Assembly (NCBI GenBank): GCA_001563995.1 | Contig: LKMV01000001.1 | Location: forward strand, 1-49,177 | DNA length: 49,177 nucleotides | Origin: Nanohaloarchaea archaeon PL-Br10_U2g16 | GTDB lineage: Archaea > Nanohalarchaeota > Nanosalinia > Nanosalinales > Nanosalinaceae | Direction of reading: 5' to 3' | In this document: positions 37,747 to 47,938 of the stretch, one piece after another | Position numbering within the stretch: position 1 is the stretch's first letter | Layout of the letters: each line of letters opens with the position of its first letter | Program-made: the position numbers and the translations under genes | The notes under the pieces: generated by a model | Seen by the model: the letters and a program-made list of their open reading frames with translations, nothing else | The model's database searches: none | What the model was told of the DNA's origin: nothing

Positions 37747-38451
37747 TTACTGGAAGAAAACACCTTCCTCCGGCACAGGTTTGAAGGTTGCCTGACGGGT
37801 CTTTGTCTGTGTAGGCTCCTCTCCATGGTACTTTCTAAGGTAATGGAAGTATTCGTTAGTCTTCTCCCTTGCAAACTCTCCGTCGTACTCTATCATCTCC
37901 TCGCCGATATAATGTAGGAAAGCCCATCTGAAGAACCTGTTAAGAGGTCTTGCAAGTATCCTTGGAAGAAAACTGATACCTTTAGGCATGTCATAACTGA
38001 TAAATGTCTTTACAAAGTACTCTACGTGTGCAAAGTTGTTTTCTCCTTCCGGGGGCGACTTAGTCTTGATATTAGTCTCTATCTTGTACTTTCCGCTGCC
38101 GCTAGGCAGATCTTGGTCGACCTCTATAGTTGCCTCAAAAGCTCCACTGGTAATCTTCTCATAATAGAAGGTTTCAGTAGGCCTAGCTATCTCCATAGCC
38201 TTTTTGAAGATATAGACATGGTCTTTATAGATCTTAGGCACGTGCGGGCTCTCATACCACTCTACCCTGTTCTGTATCTCTATTTCATGGCCGTCAAAGA
38301 TATGGAAGTCGTGCCAGATGTTATCGTCATCATCTTTATCAGGATCCGGAAACCTGAACCAGTAAAGCACAGGATCTAAAAACTCCTTAACGTATTCATT
38401 GCTTGGCACGTAGCCCTTTATCTTTTCCATATCCATAACTATCACTCCCAA
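37747..38451 (-). CDS. Hypothetical protein (234 aa)
   Basis: ORF overlapping the next gene by 10 nt. No motif recognised. Confidence 0.5.
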   Translation of the reverse strand: MGVIVMDMEKIKGYVPSNEYVKEFLDPVLYWFRFPDPDKDDDDNIWHDFHIFDGHEIEIQNRVEWYESPHVPKIYKDHVYIFKKAMEIARPTETFYYEKITSGAFEATIEVDQDLPSGSGKYKIETNIKTKSPPEGENNFAHVEYFVKTFISYDMPKGISFLPRILARPLNRFFRWAFLHYIGEEMIEYDGEFAREKTNEYFHYLRKYHGEEPTQTKTRQATFKPVPEEGVFFQ

Positions 38452-39062
38452 GGAGGCTTGTACGCCCCGCCTCCTGATCTGTGAATGGATTTTGAAACCC
38501 CGAACTTCTGCCTCATAATATTGTCTATATGTACTACCATCTCTTCTGCCTCTTCCTCATACTTCTCAATCTCTTTAGAGTAAATTTTATTGTACCAAAT
38601 ACCTACAAGTATCTCGTAGATCTTAGATTTATGGAAAGAAGACTTCTCATCAGAAAGACCGGCTTTACCCCAGTTTCTATGTGTCCTCTCTCTGAAACCT
38701 TCCGGCTCCCAAGGTATCTCATTCCTTCCCGGATAGACGGATATTACATTTCCTGTAATCTTTATCTTAGCCTTTAACACATCTTCAGGCCTCTCCAAAC
38801 GCTCCAATTTTCCAGGCGGCTTTGCATCAAGAGAAAGTTTTAACCGGATAACTGTGTTAGGGCTTTTCTCTTTAAATGCATAAAGTCTTATCCTGTCCTT
38901 AGGCTTTGAGACGTTAAACTCCTGTCTTTCGACATGTTCTACCCTATCCATATCGAACTCTTCAACCAGCAAATCCTTAAGCTCTCTGTAGATCCTTGCA
39001 GGATCTTCGTCCACGAAAAGGTTAGTAATTTTCTGGCCGCCAGACTCTTTAAACTTTACCAT
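38442..39062 (-). CDS. Hypothetical protein (206 aa), paralogous to the upstream 148-aa ORF
   Basis: The N-terminus FVDEDPARIYRELKDLLVEEFDMDRVEHVERQEF aligns with LLLEDPESTYPEIKDLLERRIGFDHVSEERYYHDI of the neighbouring ORF. KIKITGNVISVY also aligns with QIKGKLITHY. Confidence 0.5.
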   Translation of the reverse strand: MVKFKESGGQKITNLFVDEDPARIYRELKDLLVEEFDMDRVEHVERQEFNVSKPKDRIRLYAFKEKSPNTVIRLKLSLDAKPPGKLERLERPEDVLKAKIKITGNVISVYPGRNEIPWEPEGFRERTHRNWGKAGLSDEKSSFHKSKIYEILVGIWYNKIYSKEIEKYEEEAEEMVVHIDNIMRQKFGVSKSIHRSGGGAYKPPWE

Positions 39063-39064
39063 TT

Positions 39065-39511
39065 TTACCTCCCCTCCACGTTCTGCCTTACTCTAGTTAA
39101 TAGCTCCTCTACTTTTTCCTCTATAGGCTCCTCCCAGTGTTCCCTTACCGTTCCGTAAAGAAACTTATCGTAAAGGGCTCTGTAACCGTAGTACCATAAG
39201 GAATTTTTCCAGCCTTCTGTATCGTAATGAGTGATAAGTTTTCCTTTTATCTGCAAATCCAGCTCTCTGGAATCCTTCCTTATAACCAAATAAATATCTA
39301 GCTCCATCTTGGAGTTCTCATCAAAATGTTCTACTGCTTTTATCCTTGATCTTATCGTTCCTTTGTCAATATCATGGTAGTAACGTTCTTCAGATACATG
39401 ATCAAATCCTATACGTCTCTCAAGTAAGTCCTTGATCTCAGGATACGTTGATTCAGGATCTTCAAGCAGTAAGGTCTGTCTTCTTCTGACAGCCTCTTCA
39501 GTTATATCCAT
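39065..39511 (-). CDS. Hypothetical protein (148 aa), paralog of the 206-aa ORF
   Basis: See the alignment above. It sits 2 nt upstream of its paralog. Confidence 0.5.
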   Translation of the reverse strand: MDITEEAVRRRQTLLLEDPESTYPEIKDLLERRIGFDHVSEERYYHDIDKGTIRSRIKAVEHFDENSKMELDIYLVIRKDSRELDLQIKGKLITHYDTEGWKNSLWYYGYRALYDKFLYGTVREHWEEPIEEKVEELLTRVRQNVEGR

Positions 39512-39568
39512 AAGCTGTACTTATCTATCCGGGGATAAAAACGTACCGAAAATGAAAAAGGAAATGAA

Positions 39569-40102
39569 TCAGCTTCTGCACTCCGGGCACAGAAGTATTC
39601 CTCCCTGGTCTCTGAGCTCTTCAGAGTAGTTCTCACAGCTCTCACAGTTGCCGGACCTGTCCTCTGGGATCGGGGTTGCGTTCGCATCCATCTCCTGTCT
39701 CTCCTCTAGGACCTCTGCAAATCCTGGCCATGCACGGATGATATCCGATTGGGTAAGGATTCCGACCAACATGTCTTCACGAACAACAGGGACCCGTGAG
39801 ATATCGTTCCGGAGCAGTGCCATAGCAACATCATCCAGCACTTCTCCCTCCTCAGCGACAATCAGATCCGTGCTCATCACTTCCTCAACCGAGGTATCCG
39901 CAGGGTCTTCACCTTCGGCCACAACCTGGTATGCGATATCCCTACATACAATTACGCCAACCGCCTCACCGTTATCCACAACCACTAGACCTCTGATATC
40001 TTCTTCCTTGAGAAGTTTGGCAGCATCTACTACGGTTTTATCCTGTTCTATAGCTATGACGCCATCCGTCATAACCTCTTTTATCGGAACATCACGAGTC
40101 AT
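39569..40102 (-). CDS. CBS-domain pair protein with C-terminal zinc ribbon
   Basis: Two CBS-like modules (VMTDGVIAIEQDKTVVDAAKLL...GLVVVD and VMSTDLIVAEEGEVLDDVAMAL...RVPVV), then CESCENYS...LLCPECRS (CxxC...CxxC). Confidence 0.8.
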   Translation of the reverse strand: MTRDVPIKEVMTDGVIAIEQDKTVVDAAKLLKEEDIRGLVVVDNGEAVGVIVCRDIAYQVVAEGEDPADTSVEEVMSTDLIVAEEGEVLDDVAMALLRNDISRVPVVREDMLVGILTQSDIIRAWPGFAEVLEERQEMDANATPIPEDRSGNCESCENYSEELRDQGGILLCPECRS

Positions 40103-40207
40103 TTTAATTCACCTACAAAGATATTGGAACGCCAGAGGTATAAACGTAGTACATTGCCGCCTTAGAAAATAGATATAAAAAATTTAGATTCTAAAACTCT
40201 CAAAACT

Positions 40208-43200
40208 TCAGACCGTAAACTGTTCAAGCCCGCTCTGACGGTTATCTTTACCGAATAAGCTTTGAATCGTCTTTTTCAGCACCAGAATCTCCTGTCTGGT
40301 GTAAGGTGAGATCTCATACTCATCTATCAGATCTTTCGATGGGTTCAAGTACTTCTTGATAGTCCCCTCAGAGATCGTAAGCAGTACCTTCCCGTCACAT
40401 TCAGGACACTGAGCCGTAGTCTTTCCTGTAGGAGCTATCGTCTGGTTGGTCATAGGCACACGTCTAAACTTGGTGTTACAGTCTACACAACGCATCTCCT
40501 GGGAAGAGAAAGATCTCAGATTTCCTTTAATATCCGGTATGAAATGTTTGTTCAGCAGAAGCTCCGCGACAGAGTCCTCATCCACACATTTCAGCTTTTC
40601 ACAGAGACCTAGCTGGGAAGACGTCTTATCACTCATCTCATCCAACGTTACGTACTCGCTCTGGTTTGGACCGTTCTCTACATTATCCGTGTCATGTGTA
40701 TAGCCATGTCTAAACGGCTCATCCGAATGGACGATATCCTCGCCTATCTGAATTTCTGTTTCAAGTTCCCATGGCTTTTTGTAATCCAAAGTTTCCTCGT
40801 AAAAGCTGAGAGGATATTCATCAACAGTCTCTATCGCCCATGCCTCATCGTCCACCTCATCAGCGTTCAAAACTGTTGAAAGGATTAATGGTGCGTCCAT
40901 GGTTCTTGCACCTGTCATGTCAGGCAGGAACTCTCTTGAAAAGTTTAAAAGTCCATCCATAAGCAGTAGAATAGCGTCCTCATCACCATCACAGTTGTTT
41001 GTGATTAAATTTTCAGATGTGAGGAAGTTATGTGTTTCTTCAACCTCTATATCGTACATAAACCTTTCCTCAGCTTTCTCTATTTCTTTCTCAGTTATTT
41101 CATCCAGCACCAAATCATTTTTAATTTCTATTCTTGGTTTTCTAGCCTTCTCATAATCTTTTTCTAACGTTTGTTGCTTTCTTTCCAGCTCAAATCCTAT
41201 TTCCTTACCAAACTTTACCGCAAAGGAAGATCTTATGTGTAGCTTGTGGGATGTAAATGTCTCCCCCTCATAATGTTCCTCTCCGTACTTGTCAATTAAT
41301 ATACCTCCGGCTTCTCTTTCAGAAGTTGAGAAACGGGCAAATATTCCAAATCTCTTCAAGAGAAAGTCCATATCATCCAAAAGCTCTCTTGAAACAGATG
41401 TAGCGTTTATATGTAGTCTACCGTCTTCAACAGCTCCATCTCCAGCGAAGTATGCTGAAAGCATATGTCTTACCTTCTCTTTAGGCAGAGATTTGACTAA
41501 CTGCGGTACCTTTTTAGTATGAGCTCCTTTTCCGGCTTCAAGGTTTTCAAACACCTCATAGATGATCCTAGAACTTATGGTTAGTATATGGTCTCCTTCA
41601 GATGGTTCAACACCGAATACTTCTACAATACTTTGTTCTATATCTTTTTTCAGTTTTTCTTCTCCAAAAGCGAAACATACCTGGTAAAACTCTTCTCCTT
41701 TTTGCTCTGATTTCCTAATATACCCTTCAGCGAGATAGTATCCTATCAACTTCATGAAATGCTTATCTATCTTTACTGTATTTTCTATCTCGATATTATC
41801 TCTTTTAGCTGCTAAAACTGCGTCATCCGAGATGCTATAATCTTTATCTGCGGCCTCCGACAAATTATTAAGAACTTCTATCGGCGTACTTTCTCTATAT
41901 CTGTAGTTGCTTAGAGTTTTTTTATTTGTGCCTATCTCATCCGAAGCTGATTTCAAGCCTCCTAAACTATCAATTAGCCTATTCAGCTCCTCGTTAGAAC
42001 CTCTTATACTTATATCCTCTGGCTCTATAAAATCAGTTATTCTTATTTTGAGTATATCATCTTCTTCTACAGGTATGGTTAATGGATTAATGACCTTATC
42101 TCCTTCATCTACCGCTCTAGCTTTTTTTATACCCTCTTCGGTCTTCACCTTGTGATCCGGGAACACTGATATCTTTCTGCCCGATCCTGTCTCGAAATGG
42201 ATTTTAAACTCTTGGGCAGGGGCTCTATACACCTTAGAAGCTTTAGAAGAGTTTAAAGAACCGTTCTGCTCCGAAACAACATCCAGATCAATACTTTTCT
42301 CTACAGTGCCTGTGCTGTCAGCCTCTTCAGCACCATCAGCCCTTTCAAATAACTCCTTTAACTTGATACTGTCCCCATTAGCAAGCTTAATTTTCTCATC
42401 TCCTGGTAAACAGTTCCTTCTTTTCGCTGCATGCCAGTAAGGGTGTGCATAAATCCCTTTAGCGTCTGTAAACCCTATAATCCTTCCTACTGTTCCTCCC
42501 GAGGTGTGGGGAGCCAGCCCGATTACGAGAGACCCTACAAGATCTTCTTTATCCTCTACATTATAGTAAGGCTCTAGACCGTAAAACTTCTCCAAAAGTT
42601 CATCCACAAAATCTGCTACACGCATAAAGTAGTCTCCTGCAGCTAAAGTATTGTCTGAGTCAGGTATGACTATGTCCTGAGGCTTCATGGCTAACACTTG
42701 GTCCTCTGATTCAAGAGGCTCTCCATCAACATCCTCAGTGTATCCAAGCTCTCTAAGCCTTTCTACTGATACAGATATTTCCTTAGGCTTGAAATGTGTC
42801 ATCGGTAGATCGGATGCATCGTATCTGACCGTTCCGTCCTTGTTTACGTATAAATCATACTTTTCTCTCAGAAATCCTTTTTCTATAGGCTCTACATGTT
42901 TATGTTTCCCGCTCATACCTCTAACGGATTTAAGCAGCTCAGGCATCTTTCTTATTCCAAGATTGTCCATAGCTCTATTGACAAGATCCTCTACCTCGAT
43001 ATCAGTATATTTGTATCTTGACAGTCTATCGTTTCCACAGCTATCACAAACCTCTTTTTCTTCTTTATGCTCTTTCTTACAGTCTGTACAGAACCATATC
43101 GGCTCAGTGGAAACGTTACAGTCCAGACAGTATGAGAAGTAGCTGTAATCTCCGCATTCTGGACATTTATTATGTATTATACCCTCTCCGTTAATTTTTC

Positions 43201-45130
43201 CATGTTCGTATGCAGCTGCCAGGTTTCTCATCCTACCACCTTCTTCTTTACCGCAAGGGAACAGAAGCTGTGGCTTTCCTTTAATTGTTCTTCTTTCAGC
43301 CTTCTCAGGACGGCCCATCCTTCCTCCAAGGTAATGTGGTGCTTGTTCTCTAAGCTCTACACCTGATACCTCCTCAATAAACTCGGGTATATCTTCAGCA
43401 GATTCAATATCATTCAAAGCATCTTCATTGTCCTGCTCCGGTCTCAAGAGAGCTTTTAACACCTTGTGATCATTTTTAGTAAGCTTTATCTCTCCATCCT
43501 CCATCTTATGTTGGAGAAGTATATCTTCAAGACATTCTTTAGTTTTTTTACCGGAAAGATCCTCGTTTTCCAGAGAGCTGTACAGTGCTTTAAACCTTTC
43601 AACAGTGGTCTCAGTCCAGTGGTAGGTCCATTTTGGATGGAGCGGTATACCGAGTTTTTCAGATATTTTAAACGCCTCCTCCGGGGTCGGATCCCTATCT
43701 GTAAAGTCCCTACCCAGCTTTACGTCTTTTTGTTCCACAGCTCTCCCCAGCTCTTTCTCCCACCACTCTTCAACATAAGGAGATGGTAAAAGTTTTTTAC
43801 CGTTCTCTACAAACTCTCCAAACGGCGTTAACATGTCTCCTAGGAACAGTATCTCCTCTATATCATCTTCATATTTGGTAACCATCTCCCTTGACTCCAT
43901 CCTCATCACATCACCGTTTTCCAGTTTTACAACAGGCGGATGTATAGATTCACAAGGCGTTCCAACCGTAGCTTTCATAGGATACTCTGTCTTCATCTGT
44001 GTTCCTATAGAAAGAAACCTTTCCGTTACCTCCATGGTAGCAGGATGGAAAGATGTAGCTGCAAGCCCGTTAGTCCTAGAGTGGCCGTATCTAAGTCTAA
44101 AGCCTCCTTTTCTTCCAGGATGGCCAAATACAGGTCTTCCAGCGGTAAGAGAGCCAAGGTATTTGTCCGATGGAGTGTATCCTTTTTCTTCCTCTTTACC
44201 ATCTTCCTCCTCTTCTTCGTCAGAATCTCCTGATGAGTGAATCTCTTTCTGAAGATCAAGATAACCTCCGACCCATTCCCAGTGCTCCAGTCCAAACTCT
44301 TCTCCCCATTTCTCTATACGTTTTTTTATCTTAGGGGCTTTAAGAGGTAGTCCATCTAGATATACCAGACACATACCTCCTCTTATTCTATTGCTTTGTA
44401 CCCTATCTAAGTCTTTGTAATTTGAAACATCCAGCTGCTCAGTAGGCGATCCTGTGACCTCTACAGGCACGTTTTCAGCGATGAACTCTGTCTCTTCTCT
44501 GGTCGGGTTGTACTGTTTGGCTGTAATTCTGTTATAGTAGTCTTCAACCTCTGCAGCATACCTTTTAACCACTGTATCGGAAGGTTTGAACTTATCAAGT
44601 CCGACACCTATCCTCACGTAATCAGATAGAAGCACGCTCATAGCTGATGCCGTTCCACCGGCAGATCTGATAGGTCCTGAGTAGTAAACCGCCAGATATT
44701 CTGTTCCATCGTTGTTTTCACGTATCTTTATTTCTCCAATTCCTTCTAAAGGCGCTGTGGTGATTCCTCCTGTCATGTAGGACACACCTACACGAATACC
44801 TGCGTTACAAGCCTTTTCTTTATCATCAAACTCGTAAAAATCCCCTTGTGCTATCTCTCTGGCGATCGAGAAAGCTACACGTTCATCATTTTTACCATAC
44901 TCATCCTCTAGCTCTCTTATCCTTTCAGGCACCCCTTGGTCTTCAAGCTCCGGAAACTTGGCGGCCATAACAAGCGAAGAAGCCTTTTCCGGAAGATCTG
45001 TTGCTACAGGGATATCTGCCTTTTTCTCCGGATCTTTAGACTGTGATCTTGCTTCGTTAGCAACCTCAAATGCTTTATCCGTCTGTTCAGATATTTTTTC
45101 AAAGTATTTTTCTGTTTCCATTACTTTCAC
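40208..45130 (-). CDS. DNA polymerase II (PolD) large subunit DP2, intein-containing
   Basis: The conserved DP2 catalytic block YAHPYWHAAKRRN|...|CDGDEDAILLLMDGLLNF is split by an insertion. The C-terminal zinc-finger clusters of DP2 are also present. Confidence 0.97.
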   Translation of the reverse strand: MKVMETEKYFEKISEQTDKAFEVANEARSQSKDPEKKADIPVATDLPEKASSLVMAAKFPELEDQGVPERIRELEDEYGKNDERVAFSIAREIAQGDFYEFDDKEKACNAGIRVGVSYMTGGITTAPLEGIGEIKIRENNDGTEYLAVYYSGPIRSAGGTASAMSVLLSDYVRIGVGLDKFKPSDTVVKRYAAEVEDYYNRITAKQYNPTREETEFIAENVPVEVTGSPTEQLDVSNYKDLDRVQSNRIRGGMCLVYLDGLPLKAPKIKKRIEKWGEEFGLEHWEWVGGYLDLQKEIHSSGDSDEEEEEDGKEEEKGYTPSDKYLGSLTAGRPVFGHPGRKGGFRLRYGHSRTNGLAATSFHPATMEVTERFLSIGTQMKTEYPMKATVGTPCESIHPPVVKLENGDVMRMESREMVTKYEDDIEEILFLGDMLTPFGEFVENGKKLLPSPYVEEWWEKELGRAVEQKDVKLGRDFTDRDPTPEEAFKISEKLGIPLHPKWTYHWTETTVERFKALYSSLENEDLSGKKTKECLEDILLQHKMEDGEIKLTKNDHKVLKALLRPEQDNEDALNDIESAEDIPEFIEEVSGVELREQAPHYLGGRMGRPEKAERRTIKGKPQLLFPCGKEEGGRMRNLAAAYEHGKINGEGIIHNKCPECGDYSYFSYCLDCNVSTEPIWFCTDCKKEHKEEKEVCDSCGNDRLSRYKYTDIEVEDLVNRAMDNLGIRKMPELLKSVRGMSGKHKHVEPIEKGFLREKYDLYVNKDGTVRYDASDLPMTHFKPKEISVSVERLRELGYTEDVDGEPLESEDQVLAMKPQDIVIPDSDNTLAAGDYFMRVADFVDELLEKFYGLEPYYNVEDKEDLVGSLVIGLAPHTSGGTVGRIIGFTDAKGIYAHPYWHAAKRRNCLPGDEKIKLANGDSIKLKELFERADGAEEADSTGTVEKSIDLDVVSEQNGSLNSSKASKVYRAPAQEFKIHFETGSGRKISVFPDHKVKTEEGIKKARAVDEGDKVINPLTIPVEEDDILKIRITDFIEPEDISIRGSNEELNRLIDSLGGLKSASDEIGTNKKTLSNYRYRESTPIEVLNNLSEAADKDYSISDDAVLAAKRDNIEIENTVKIDKHFMKLIGYYLAEGYIRKSEQKGEEFYQVCFAFGEEKLKKDIEQSIVEVFGVEPSEGDHILTISSRIIYEVFENLEAGKGAHTKKVPQLVKSLPKEKVRHMLSAYFAGDGAVEDGRLHINATSVSRELLDDMDFLLKRFGIFARFSTSEREAGGILIDKYGEEHYEGETFTSHKLHIRSSFAVKFGKEIGFELERKQQTLEKDYEKARKPRIEIKNDLVLDEITEKEIEKAEERFMYDIEVEETHNFLTSENLITNNCDGDEDAILLLMDGLLNFSREFLPDMTGARTMDAPLILSTVLNADEVDDEAWAIETVDEYPLSFYEETLDYKKPWELETEIQIGEDIVHSDEPFRHGYTHDTDNVENGPNQSEYVTLDEMSDKTSSQLGLCEKLKCVDEDSVAELLLNKHFIPDIKGNLRSFSSQEMRCVDCNTKFRRVPMTNQTIAPTGKTTAQCPECDGKVLLTISEGTIKKYLNPSKDLIDEYEISPYTRQEILVLKKTIQSLFGKDNRQSGLEQFTV
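40994..42412 (-). other. Intein in PolD DP2 (473 aa) with LAGLIDADG homing endonuclease domain
   Basis: The intein starts CLPGDEKIKLANGD directly after KRRN and ends ...HNFLTSENLITNN, followed by extein CDGDEDA. Internal LAGLIDADG motifs are LIGYYLAEGY and LSAYFAGDGA. The penultimate residue is Asn, not His. Coordinates come from locating TGT at 42410-42412 and the C-terminal AAC at 40994-40996. Confidence 0.85.
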
Positions 45131-46710
45131 ATAAAGTTCTTTACTCTGGTATTTCGGTTTTTGTAGTTAACTATAGTTACCTTTCCAGGATCAGGTTCGT
45201 GCCCTACACGTTTCTGGAAATCCGTCTGGGCCTGGAAGCTCGATGAATTTATTACATTAACACCTTTATAACTTTGATTGCAGTGGGAGTGGAAATGGCC
45301 GGCTACAAAGATATCCGGTTTTTCATAGATTACAAGCTGGTCTTCACCTTCAGGAGAGATAGGTGTATCTCCATACGTAGGAGCCAGGTGTCTCCTCTTT
45401 AGAAGATCTATCATCACATGTTGTGGCTCCTCGTAGGCTTTTTCCCTTAGATCCTGTATCTTATCGACATGATCATCAAATGAACTTCCGTGGTACATCA
45501 GATTTTTGATCCCTTTAGTCTCAAAGCCGTGTAGCCTTACCATCTGAGGGTTTTGAACTAGATGAACGTTGTTGTAGTCTCTTATATTTGGTAGGGCTTT
45601 TTCAGGAAGGATAGGCTGTGGTTCAGACAACCTGACAATATCGTGGTTTCCTGGAGAGGCTATAACCTGTATCCTTTCCGGCAGCTTATCCACCCATTCC
45701 TCAAAAAGCCTGTACTGTTCGTAGACATCGTTGACCCTGAGTTCTTCCTCCTGACCAGGGTATACACCTACACCTTCCACCAGATCACCGGTTATAACCA
45801 GATAACCGACATTCTTTGCATCTTCAGACTTTAACCACTCAGCAAACCTCTGAAGTTTGTTATACATTGTGTCCTTCGATCCGATATGTAAATCTGAAAT
45901 ATACGCTGCCTCTACATTGTCCTCAGTTGTCTTAACCCCGTCAGGAATAGGAAGATCAGGCCTCACAACTTTGTTAGCGTACAGAATATCTCCTCCCATG
46001 CTGCCTATAAATCCTAATGCCTCGTCTGGAACTATCATATCGCCTTCTCTCTCATCTACTAACACCTTAAACGTATCAGTCTTGTCCTCTATCTCGACAA
46101 TGTACTTTCCGGAGTTTGTGCTGTACTTATCTTTTACAAGACCTATAGCGGTAGCATCTTCTCCCTCATTTCTTCTTGACAGCCTGTTTAATGTAGTAGC
46201 CGCCTGTAACTCTTTCCTTCTCATCAAAAGCTTCTTCATCTTGTCGTAACGGCTGTTGTAGTACTCTAAAAACTCAGGAACATCTTTCTCTTCCTTTGTT
46301 ATTTCTTTCTCATCCATCACTTCTACCTTGGTTCTCATCCGTTTATTCCTATCTCCTTCATCCAGTATTTTAACCCCTTTAGTTCCTGACTCTTCCTTAT
46401 TCTTAGTATTTTTATCCTTATTAGAGTGTTCTTGTGGATCATCAACAGATTCTTCAGGATCTTCTGTTTCCATCTCTTCTTTCAGATCCTCTTTTAGATT
46501 TTCATTACTTTCAGACTCCTGTTTCTGCATCTCCTCAAGCTTCTGATCAATTTTTTCCCTTAAAGAATCCAACATGTCCTCAGTGATATACATAGGAGGT
46601 GAGTTCAGCTCTTTAATCGCTTCTATATCTTCCTCCGTCAGCGATTCAGCTGCTTCTTTCTCTACTATACATCCTTCTTTAGTCAACTGTTTAACTGCTG
46701 CCTTGTTCAT
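45127..46710 (-). CDS. DNA polymerase II (PolD) small subunit DP1 (calcineurin-like phosphoesterase)
   Basis: YISDLHIGSKD, ITGDLVEGVG, ASPGNHDIVR and FVAGHFHSHC motifs; a Lys/Glu-rich linker; a 4-nt overlap with the DP2 gene. Confidence 0.92.
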   Translation of the reverse strand: MNKAAVKQLTKEGCIVEKEAAESLTEEDIEAIKELNSPPMYITEDMLDSLREKIDQKLEEMQKQESESNENLKEDLKEEMETEDPEESVDDPQEHSNKDKNTKNKEESGTKGVKILDEGDRNKRMRTKVEVMDEKEITKEEKDVPEFLEYYNSRYDKMKKLLMRRKELQAATTLNRLSRRNEGEDATAIGLVKDKYSTNSGKYIVEIEDKTDTFKVLVDEREGDMIVPDEALGFIGSMGGDILYANKVVRPDLPIPDGVKTTEDNVEAAYISDLHIGSKDTMYNKLQRFAEWLKSEDAKNVGYLVITGDLVEGVGVYPGQEEELRVNDVYEQYRLFEEWVDKLPERIQVIASPGNHDIVRLSEPQPILPEKALPNIRDYNNVHLVQNPQMVRLHGFETKGIKNLMYHGSSFDDHVDKIQDLREKAYEEPQHVMIDLLKRRHLAPTYGDTPISPEGEDQLVIYEKPDIFVAGHFHSHCNQSYKGVNVINSSSFQAQTDFQKRVGHEPDPGKVTIVNYKNRNTRVKNFM

Positions 46711-46732
46711 TTATTCCCCCCTAACACACGTC

Positions 46733-47938
46733 TTAAATGTAAAACTTTTCTTCTACTAGTTCATTGACCTGTCTCCTTATATCTTCGGAAAGGTCAACGC
46801 TTATCTGTCTTGTTCTACCGTATCTCCCCTTTGAAATAACCTTTGCGTTTATCACGCCAAGCATATCCAGCTCAGATATAAGTCCTGATACTCTTCTCTG
46901 CGTTAACTCGGATACCTCAACCTTCTCACAGATCTGTTTGTACTCAGAGTACACATCCCCTGTGGCAATCTCTTCCTCATCCTCTACCATCTCAAGGATT
47001 GTATAGAGTACAAGCTTCGAATGTTTAGGCTGAGAACGTACAGTCTCTACTATTCTATCCCTTTCAATCTTTTCCTGAGCTTTATCTACATGTTCTACAG
47101 TGATGATATTTTTGCTGGATCTCTCAGCTAGCTCCCCGGCTACCCTTATAAGATCCAAAGCTCTTCTAGCATCACCGTGTTCCTGTGCCGCAAGAGCAGC
47201 ACATTTGGAAATTACACCATCCTCCATACAGTTCTCTACAAAAGCTCTATCAGTTCTGTCCTTAAGTATCTCCCTAAGCTCTATAGCATTATAAGGCGGA
47301 AATATAATCTCTTCTTCCGATAGAGATGATTTAACCCTTGAATCCATATACTCAGTGAAGTTAAGATCGTTTGAGATACCAAGAATAGATACTTTAGTTT
47401 CTTTCAAATCATCGTTAATCCTTGTAAGGTTGTATAGAAACTCATCTCCTACCTTCTTTACAAGAGCATCTATCTCGTCCAATGCTATAATTACTACTCC
47501 TTTCTGTCCTTTTAAGGCTTCAAAGAATCTGTTATAGACTTCATCAGTTGGTAGACCTGTACTCGGTACTTCTGCTCCTAACTGTTCTGCTAACCTTGCT
47601 AAAAGTCTGTACTCGGTGTCAGCTACTTTTTTCATCTTACAGTTAATGTATAATATGTTAAGATCTACCTGTTCGTCATCAGCAACCTCTCCTAGCTGAT
47701 CTGTAACGTGTTTTGTAATAAGCGTCTTTCCTGTTCCTACTGATCCATATACAAATACGTTACTTGGATCATCTCCTCTCAGGCTTGGAGCAAGTATTGA
47801 TGCTAGATTATCTATCTGTTGATCTCTGTGTAATATATTTTCAGGCTTCCAGTTGGTGGTTAAAGCATCCTTGTTATCGAAAAATGATTCTTTTTCAATA
47901 TAACTTGAAAACTTTGATTTCAGGTTAGTTTCTGACAT
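46733..47938 (-). CDS. orc1: Orc1/Cdc6 replication initiator
   Basis: Walker A VYGSVGTGKTLITKHV, Walker B IALDEIDAL and a C-terminal winged-helix region. Confidence 0.95.
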   Translation of the reverse strand: MSETNLKSKFSSYIEKESFFDNKDALTTNWKPENILHRDQQIDNLASILAPSLRGDDPSNVFVYGSVGTGKTLITKHVTDQLGEVADDEQVDLNILYINCKMKKVADTEYRLLARLAEQLGAEVPSTGLPTDEVYNRFFEALKGQKGVVIIALDEIDALVKKVGDEFLYNLTRINDDLKETKVSILGISNDLNFTEYMDSRVKSSLSEEEIIFPPYNAIELREILKDRTDRAFVENCMEDGVISKCAALAAQEHGDARRALDLIRVAGELAERSSKNIITVEHVDKAQEKIERDRIVETVRSQPKHSKLVLYTILEMVEDEEEIATGDVYSEYKQICEKVEVSELTQRRVSGLISELDMLGVINAKVISKGRYGRTRQISVDLSEDIRRQVNELVEEKFYI

